A stretch of DNA of 64,000 nt from Lachnospiraceae bacterium (lineage in GTDB: Bacteria > Bacillota > Clostridia > Lachnospirales > Lachnospiraceae). The stretch lies in assembly GCA_022510565.1 (NCBI GenBank), contig JAFLTE010000011.1, forward strand, positions 20,793 through 84,792, in the 5' to 3' direction. Below are positions 58,586 to 64,000 of the stretch, piece by piece (the first letter of the stretch is position 1; each line of letters opens with the position of its first letter). Made by a program: the position numbers and the translations under genes. The notes under the pieces are model-generated. The model did no database searches, had not been told where the DNA came from, and saw only the letters and a list, made by a program, of their open reading frames with translations.

Positions 58586-59641
58586 TCAGGATGCAGCGAG
58601 TTCTTTCAGCCTTCTCACAGCAGGCGCATAATCACCGCACTTCTTATAATATGTACGAGCATCATCCAGCTTACCCATGTTCTCGTAGATTGAGGCGATA
58701 TTATAGTTTGCCTGATAACTGTTAATGCCTTTACGGGAGCATGTATGAAACGTTGTGGCTTTGCTGAATTCTTCGATTGCTCTATCGTAAATGCCTTTTT
58801 TCATATAAATCATGCCCATCAGGTAGATGAAGTCTGCCCTATGACAGAACTGCTCATATTTTTCCTGAAGTGCCATGGCTAGGTCGTACTTGGCCAGTTC
58901 GATCAGACAATAGCCGTAAGTTTCCACCATACTCTGAACGAAAGCGGATTGAGGGTCGGCATTTAGTTCAAGCCCTTTCTGATAGTATTGTGCCGCTTTC
59001 TCTAAGTCATTTAAGGAGACATAATTTTGTCCGAGCTGGAAATAGATATAGGGACTTGGACCTTTTAATTCCAGATCATGCAACAAAAGCTCCAGATTAC
59101 GGGTAGCGCGCATGCGCTTGCCGGACTCGGATACATAACCTTCGTGATAGAAGGTAAGAGGAATTTGAAAAGAATCCGGTTCCCTGCCGTCCAGTGTGCA
59201 TACCTGCTCGTGAATAATTCCCTCAAAATGGCAGTAGCGTCGATTAAACAGTCTGCCGATGCGTTCCGACATTACGGAGCGAACGCCCTGAATGCTGTAC
59301 GGGTTATTGCGGACAATCATGCCCACGGAGTGGCTGTTGCGGTTAGTGGCCTCCTCCAATTCCGCCAGATTGACGTTTTCCAGATACTCGTCGCAGTCAA
59401 TAATTAACACCCAATCGTTAGAAGCCTGTTGAATGGAAAAGTTTCTTGCAGCGGAAAAATCGTTGCACCATGCAAAGTGGAATACCTTATCGGCATAGCG
59501 ATGCGCAATCTCCACCGTTCTGTCCACGGAACCCGTATCTACAACAATTACTTCAAACTTGCAGGGTTTTAGTCTTTTTAAGCACTCTTCTATGTGATTA
59601 TCCTCATTTTTTGCGATCATACATACCGAAATCGGGAGCAT
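58586..59641 (-). CDS. GT2 + TPR glycosyltransferase
   Basis: ISVCMIAKNE, IDCDE and GIIHEQ motifs, TPRs. Confidence 0.9.
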   Translation of the reverse strand: MLPISVCMIAKNEDNHIEECLKRLKPCKFEVIVVDTGSVDRTVEIAHRYADKVFHFAWCNDFSAARNFSIQQASNDWVLIIDCDEYLENVNLAELEEATNRNSHSVGMIVRNNPYSIQGVRSVMSERIGRLFNRRYCHFEGIIHEQVCTLDGREPDSFQIPLTFYHEGYVSESGKRMRATRNLELLLHDLELKGPSPYIYFQLGQNYVSLNDLEKAAQYYQKGLELNADPQSAFVQSMVETYGYCLIELAKYDLAMALQEKYEQFCHRADFIYLMGMIYMKKGIYDRAIEEFSKATTFHTCSRKGINSYQANYNIASIYENMGKLDDARTYYKKCGDYAPAVRRLKELAAS

Positions 59642-59930
59642 TGTATTCACCTCTGATATCTCTTATATTGTCTATCATATATATTAGCATTTTCTGCATG
59701 GTACGACAATAATATATTTTTGTCGAAATTGGAGCAACACCGCTTAAACTCATACCAAAGTACTAGACTTTTTCCACAAAAAGAATGCCCAAAAAAGGAA
59801 TAAATTAACAATAGTAACGATATTCCGTTCAAACGGACCTTTTAGTGGTTCCTTTTCACGGCAGTTTATGTTATACTTCGACTAAGACACTAGGTAAAAG
59901 CAGTATACACAATACAACAGGAGGGCTTAT

Positions 59931-60275
59931 ATGACAAAGGCAGAAATTTTAAAGACAGAGATTTTAAAGCAGTATAAAAGTGTCAGACAATTTGCAATCG
60001 AGATGGAGATTCCGTATTCGACCTTAGTTACCGCTTTAGACAGAGGCATCGAGGGAATGGCATATGGCACTGTGATTAGAATGTGTGATAAACTGAATTT
60101 GAATCCGGTTGATTTCACTCCGCTTAACCAGAAGAGTGTACTGGGTGGTAAGATCATGGAGAATCGCGTGATGCAGTATTACGTGAAACTGAACAAGGTC
60201 GGACGCAAGAAAGCGTTGGAATTGATGGAAGATTACGCACAGTTAGACAAGTACAAGGCGGTTGATGAAGATTGA
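59931..60275 (+). CDS. XRE/Cro-like HTH transcriptional regulator
   Basis: YKSVRQFAIEMEIPYSTL...ICDKL-like HTH and a LNKVGRKK helical tail; AGGAGG RBS. Confidence 0.8.
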   Translation: MTKAEILKTEILKQYKSVRQFAIEMEIPYSTLVTALDRGIEGMAYGTVIRMCDKLNLNPVDFTPLNQKSVLGGKIMENRVMQYYVKLNKVGRKKALELMEDYAQLDKYKAVDED

Positions 60276-61411
60276 GGCAATACGATTATCTGATAGTGGG
60301 AGCAGGACTGTTCGGCGCTGTTTTTGCCCATGAAATGAAGAAACGGGGCAGGAGCGTGTTTGTGATTGATAAGAGGCAGCATATAGCCGGAAACATATAC
60401 ACGCGCTCTGTTATGGATATCCAGGTGCATGAGTACGGCGCACACATATTCCACACTTCCGACAAGCGAATATGGGACTATGTGAACGGGTTTGCCGAAT
60501 TTAACCACTATATAAATTCACCGATTGCATATTATAAGGGAGAGTTGTACAATCTCCCTTTTAATATGAATACATTTAATAAAATGTGGGGTGTTGTGAC
60601 ACCGGATGAGGCCCGAGAGCGGATTGCGAAGCAGATTGAGACGCTTCACATCACCGAGCCTAAGAATCTGGAAGAACAGGCACTTTCTCTGGTGGGGACG
60701 GATGTCTACGAGAAGTTGGTAAAAGGCTATACCGAGAAGCAGTGGGGCAGGGATTGTAAAGAACTGCCGGCCTTTATTATCAAAAGGCTGCCTCTGCGGT
60801 TCACATACGACAATAACTATTTTAATGACCGTTATCAGGGTATTCCTGTAGATGGTTACACTGCTATGGTGAAAAAAATGCTTGAAGGTGTCGAAGTACG
60901 TACCGGTGTATCTTATAGAGAGTTTGCCGAGGAACTTAAGACGGACAGCGGGGCAGAAGTTACAGATAAGGACGGAAATGTCTATCGCAAAGTGGTATAC
61001 ACAGGAATGCTTGACGAGTATTTCGATTACAGCCTGGGGCACTTGGAATACCGTTCTCTGCGGTTCGAGACGGAGGAATTGCCGGAGTGTGACAATTATC
61101 AAGGCAATGCGGTGGTAAACTACACTGAGCGGGAGGTTCCCTATACGCGCGTTATTGAGCACAAGCATTTTGCGTTCGGCACACAGAAAGGAACAGTCAT
61201 TACGAGAGAATATCCTGCCGAGTGGCGTGCGGGTGACGAGCCTTACTATCCGGTCAACGATGCGAGAAATGATGAATTACTTGCCCGGTATCAGGATTTG
61301 GCGAAGACAAAGCCGCATGTGATTTTTGGCGGACGACTCGGACAGTATAAATATTTTGACATGGATAAAGTGATTGATGCTGCGCTCCGGGCGGTGGAAG
61401 CGGAAGCGTAA
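60272..61411 (+). CDS. glf: UDP-galactopyranose mutase
   Basis: IVGAGLFG, HEYGAHIFHT, YTEKQWG, YFNDRYQGIP, EPYYP and GRLGQYKYFDMD motifs. Confidence 0.96.
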   Translation: MRQYDYLIVGAGLFGAVFAHEMKKRGRSVFVIDKRQHIAGNIYTRSVMDIQVHEYGAHIFHTSDKRIWDYVNGFAEFNHYINSPIAYYKGELYNLPFNMNTFNKMWGVVTPDEARERIAKQIETLHITEPKNLEEQALSLVGTDVYEKLVKGYTEKQWGRDCKELPAFIIKRLPLRFTYDNNYFNDRYQGIPVDGYTAMVKKMLEGVEVRTGVSYREFAEELKTDSGAEVTDKDGNVYRKVVYTGMLDEYFDYSLGHLEYRSLRFETEELPECDNYQGNAVVNYTEREVPYTRVIEHKHFAFGTQKGTVITREYPAEWRAGDEPYYPVNDARNDELLARYQDLAKTKPHVIFGGRLGQYKYFDMDKVIDAALRAVEAEA

Positions 61412-61451
61412 GGCGTAAATTACAAAAGGACTGAAATGTAACGGCGGAGTA

Positions 61452-61480
61452 TTGACAAAGATTAGTACTCCGCCTATAAT
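61452..61480 (+). promoter_or_regulatory. consensus sigma-70/SigA promoter
   Basis: TTGACA(61452-61457)-N17-TATAAT(61475-61480). Confidence 0.85.
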
Positions 61481-61562
61481 ACAAAAAGATAATTTGAAAA
61501 TCAAAGTATTGGAATCTCAAATAAACTGCATGCTGTATTTAAATGGGAAGGAAGCGGCGATT

Positions 61563-63179
61563 ATGAACTGGAATGATGCGATTAAGGATTTGGATAACAG
61601 AAGACAGAAAGCACTTATGGGCGGCGGTCAGAGCAAAATCGACAAGCAGCATGCCAACGGTAAGATGACGGCGCGAGAACGTATCGAGGTATTGCTTGAT
61701 CCGGGCACTTTTGTGGAAGTGGATGGATTTGTGGAGTCCCGTATCGATGACTTCGATTTGGATAAGAGAAGAGTGGCGGGCGATGGCGTCGTGACAGGAT
61801 ACGGAGAGATTGACGGTCGTCAGGTATTTGTGTCGAGTGAGGATTTCACGGTAATCGGCGGGACATTGGGCGAGTATCATTCGTTTAAAATTTGCCGAAT
61901 TCAGGATATGGCGATGGAGATGAAAGCGCCTCTGATTTGCATTAATGACAGCGGTGGAGCCAGAATAGAGGAGGGCATCTCGTCCTTAAGCGGATACAGT
62001 GGTATGTTCCTGCGGCACACGAAAGCTTCTGGCGTAATTCCGCAGATTGCGGTTATCTTAGGTCCCTGCTCCGGAGGCGCGTGCTATGCTCCCGCTATCT
62101 GCGATTTTATTTTCATGGTCAAGGATATCTCTAAGATGTTCATTACGGGTCCTAACGTAGTCAAGACCGTTATCAACGAGGAAGTGTCTGTGGAAGAACT
62201 GGGCGGCGCGGATGTGCACGCCAAGAAGAGTGGTGTCTCCCACTTTACTTACGATACAGAGAAAGAATGTCTGATGGGAGTACGCAAGCTGCTGTCTTAT
62301 TTGCCGAGTAATTGGACGGAGAAGCCGCCCACAATCAATAATCAGGAGAGACAGAGCATTCTGCCGCGTGTGGGAAAAGTGTTCGGTAAGGTGGATAACG
62401 GTAGGGTAGCGGTTTCCCAGAAGGCGAAAGCTGCCAAGATTAAGGACATTGTGCCGGATAATTCACGTCATGCTTATGATGTGCTTGAAGTGATAGACTG
62501 TATCGTGGACGAGGGCAGCTTTTTCGAGGTGCAGAAAGAGTTCGCGCCCAATGTGGTAGTCGGATGGTGCAGAATGGAGGGAAAGGTGGTAGGTATCGTG
62601 GCGAATCAGCCCAATGCCATGGGAGGTTCACTGGACTATCATGCTTCCGATAAGATGGCAAGATTTATCAGGTTCTGCGATTGCTTTAACATTCCGATTA
62701 TTACGCTTGTGGATGTTCCTGCATTTCTTCCGGGTACGGCTCAGGAGCATAACGGTATTATCCGCCACGGTGCAAAAGTTCTGTATGCTTATTCCGAGGC
62801 AACAGTGCCGAAGATTTCCCTGATTATGCGTAAGGCATACGGTGGTGCGTATATTGCCATGAACTCCAAGGAGATGGGGGCGGATATTGTTTTTGCATGG
62901 CCTATTGCGGAGATTGCCGTTATGGGTGCAGACGGTGCGGTGAATATCGCTTTCAAGAGAAAGATCAAAGCTGCGGAAGACCCGGAGGCAATGCGTGCAC
63001 AGTGCAAAGCTGAGTATGAGGAACGTTTCCTGAATCCATATGTTGCGGCAGCGAGAGGGTATGTCAATGCTGTGATTAAGCCGGAAGAGACGAGAGAAGC
63101 GCTGGTGAGAGCACTGAGAGGTCTTAAGAATAAGCAGGTGCAGGCACCTAAGAAAAAACACGGAAATATTCCGCTCTAG
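61563..63179 (+). CDS. acyl-CoA carboxylase/decarboxylase carboxyltransferase subunit (MmdA/PccB-like)
   Basis: GKMTARERI, GDGVVTG, DSGGARIEEG, DVPAFLPG, RKAYGGAY and KKHGNIPL motifs. Confidence 0.92.
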   Translation: MNWNDAIKDLDNRRQKALMGGGQSKIDKQHANGKMTARERIEVLLDPGTFVEVDGFVESRIDDFDLDKRRVAGDGVVTGYGEIDGRQVFVSSEDFTVIGGTLGEYHSFKICRIQDMAMEMKAPLICINDSGGARIEEGISSLSGYSGMFLRHTKASGVIPQIAVILGPCSGGACYAPAICDFIFMVKDISKMFITGPNVVKTVINEEVSVEELGGADVHAKKSGVSHFTYDTEKECLMGVRKLLSYLPSNWTEKPPTINNQERQSILPRVGKVFGKVDNGRVAVSQKAKAAKIKDIVPDNSRHAYDVLEVIDCIVDEGSFFEVQKEFAPNVVVGWCRMEGKVVGIVANQPNAMGGSLDYHASDKMARFIRFCDCFNIPIITLVDVPAFLPGTAQEHNGIIRHGAKVLYAYSEATVPKISLIMRKAYGGAYIAMNSKEMGADIVFAWPIAEIAVMGADGAVNIAFKRKIKAAEDPEAMRAQCKAEYEERFLNPYVAAARGYVNAVIKPEETREALVRALRGLKNKQVQAPKKKHGNIPL

Positions 63180-63185
63180 GTATAA

Positions 63186-63217
63186 AAAAGGAGTTGGCCG
63201 TCAGGTCAACTCCTTTT
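63186..63217. terminator. bidirectional intrinsic terminator
   Basis: AAAAGGAGTTGGCC-GTCA-GGTCAACTCCTTTT between convergent genes. Confidence 0.88.
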
Positions 63218-63231
63218 AGCTTCTTTTAGTT

Positions 63232-64000
63232 TTAACAGTAACTGTTAAACATCATGCCGCTGTATGCGCTTGTAATATACGGACTTGCAAAATTCTTACC
63301 GGGATTCTTGTAAGCCACAATGATATTGTTCACATAGTTCATCGGGTTAAGTGATACCTGATTAGACTTGCGAAGTACTGCGTTCGTAAAACTCTTCAAG
63401 GGTGAAAACGTCTCCGCCGCATCATTGCTCATGGCACTCTGTCGCAACGTATTATCGTCCACCTCTAACGTGCCGTCCAGATTCAAGTTCAGTCCCACAG
63501 ACGTAAGGTCATGGGCAAAAACTCTGGCTACACCGCTCATCTCGTTGAAGAGCTGATTGCTCTTAGGCTGATTGTCGGTGTACTCTGCAACTGTCTTCAA
63601 GAATGAGTTAAAACCTCGCACGAGGGTGTTAATATTCTCTGTGAGTGACTCCACATCCGTCTTTAAACCGATGGAAGCGGTCTCGCCTTCTTCGCTGCTT
63701 ACGCCGGTCAATTTTACTTCATAAATACGATCCAATGTAAATCGATTGGTAGTAGAAGTCTGCTCGTCTCCGTTCACAACATAGGAAGCGTTGCCGGGAT
63801 GCGTAGATACATGGTCTAAACCAAAGTACTCAACCGTTCCGGCTGTCTTACTCGTCCGATGGTCGGATATCATGAACAGATAAGGATTGTCGCCCTTTAA
63901 GCCGGTGGAATTAGATTCCATTCTCAAATAGGAAGTATTTTCTTCACCCGGTACAACCTGAGCCTTCATACCGATATTGGCGTTTGTGATCAGGCGTGCA
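63232..64000 (-). CDS. FliD C-terminal-like protein (5'-partial)
   Basis: NASYVVNG..TSTTNRF, INTLVRGFN and L..VGL....DGTLEVD..L mirror FliD C-terminal elements; frame open to window edge. Confidence 0.65.
   Translation of the reverse strand, partial: ARLITNANIGMKAQVVPGEENTSYLRMESNSTGLKGDNPYLFMISDHRTSKTAGTVEYFGLDHVSTHPGNASYVVNGDEQTSTTNRFTLDRIYEVKLTGVSSEEGETASIGLKTDVESLTENINTLVRGFNSFLKTVAEYTDNQPKSNQLFNEMSGVARVFAHDLTSVGLNLNLDGTLEVDDNTLRQSAMSNDAAETFSPLKSFTNAVLRKSNQVSLNPMNYVNNIIVAYKNPGKNFASPYITSAYSGMMFNSYC

Noticed and set aside
1-64000. Many antisense or nested ORFs in the six-frame track (e.g. 5347-6009, 22621-23436, 24085-24981, 60518-61168)
   Set aside because: They lie opposite or inside well-supported genes and show no motifs; typical shadow ORFs
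1-64000. CRISPR array, tRNA, rRNA, IS element or integrase
   Set aside because: No short regularly spaced repeats, RNA gene signatures or transposase/recombinase motifs were seen; intergenic regions are short

Overview
Chromosomal window from a motile, anaerobic Firmicute; gene content and order suggest Lachnospiraceae (inference). From left to right: (1) housekeeping dusB, a hypothetical gene, greA and lysS. (2) An accessory block with a papain/C39-like protein, a GH29 fucosidase and an AT-rich restriction-modification island. The island has a C-protein-like HTH plus PD-(D/E)XK nuclease divergent from an MTase, with two C-box-like palindromes between them, then dpnM/dpnA-type MTases and a 16-codon stump of a DpnII-type endonuclease. 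(3) Two paralogous acidic exported proteins flanking an HD hydrolase. (4) An unexplained operon: CooC/AcsF-type Ni ATPase, two 2-hydroxyacyl-CoA-dehydratase-family subunits, activase, small membrane protein and an acetyl-CoA-synthase-fragment protein. It is followed by TetR, an MGDG-synthase-like glycosyltransferase, a MelB-type transporter, a GH36 alpha-galactosidase and a fructokinase. (5) The late flagellar locus (flgM-flgN-flgK-flgK-flgL-fliW-csrA; flaG-fliD-fliS-fliT-like; flagellin) with three sigma-28 promoters, interleaved with 17 glycosyltransferase genes (including a mosaic five-copy tandem array) and glf. (6) An acyl-CoA carboxyltransferase and a partial second FliD-like gene. No rRNA, tRNA, CRISPR or transposase was seen. 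The best candidates for undescribed biology are the CooC/dehydratase/ACS-fragment operon and the flagellar glycosylation island. All family calls come from motif recognition by eye, not database searches.
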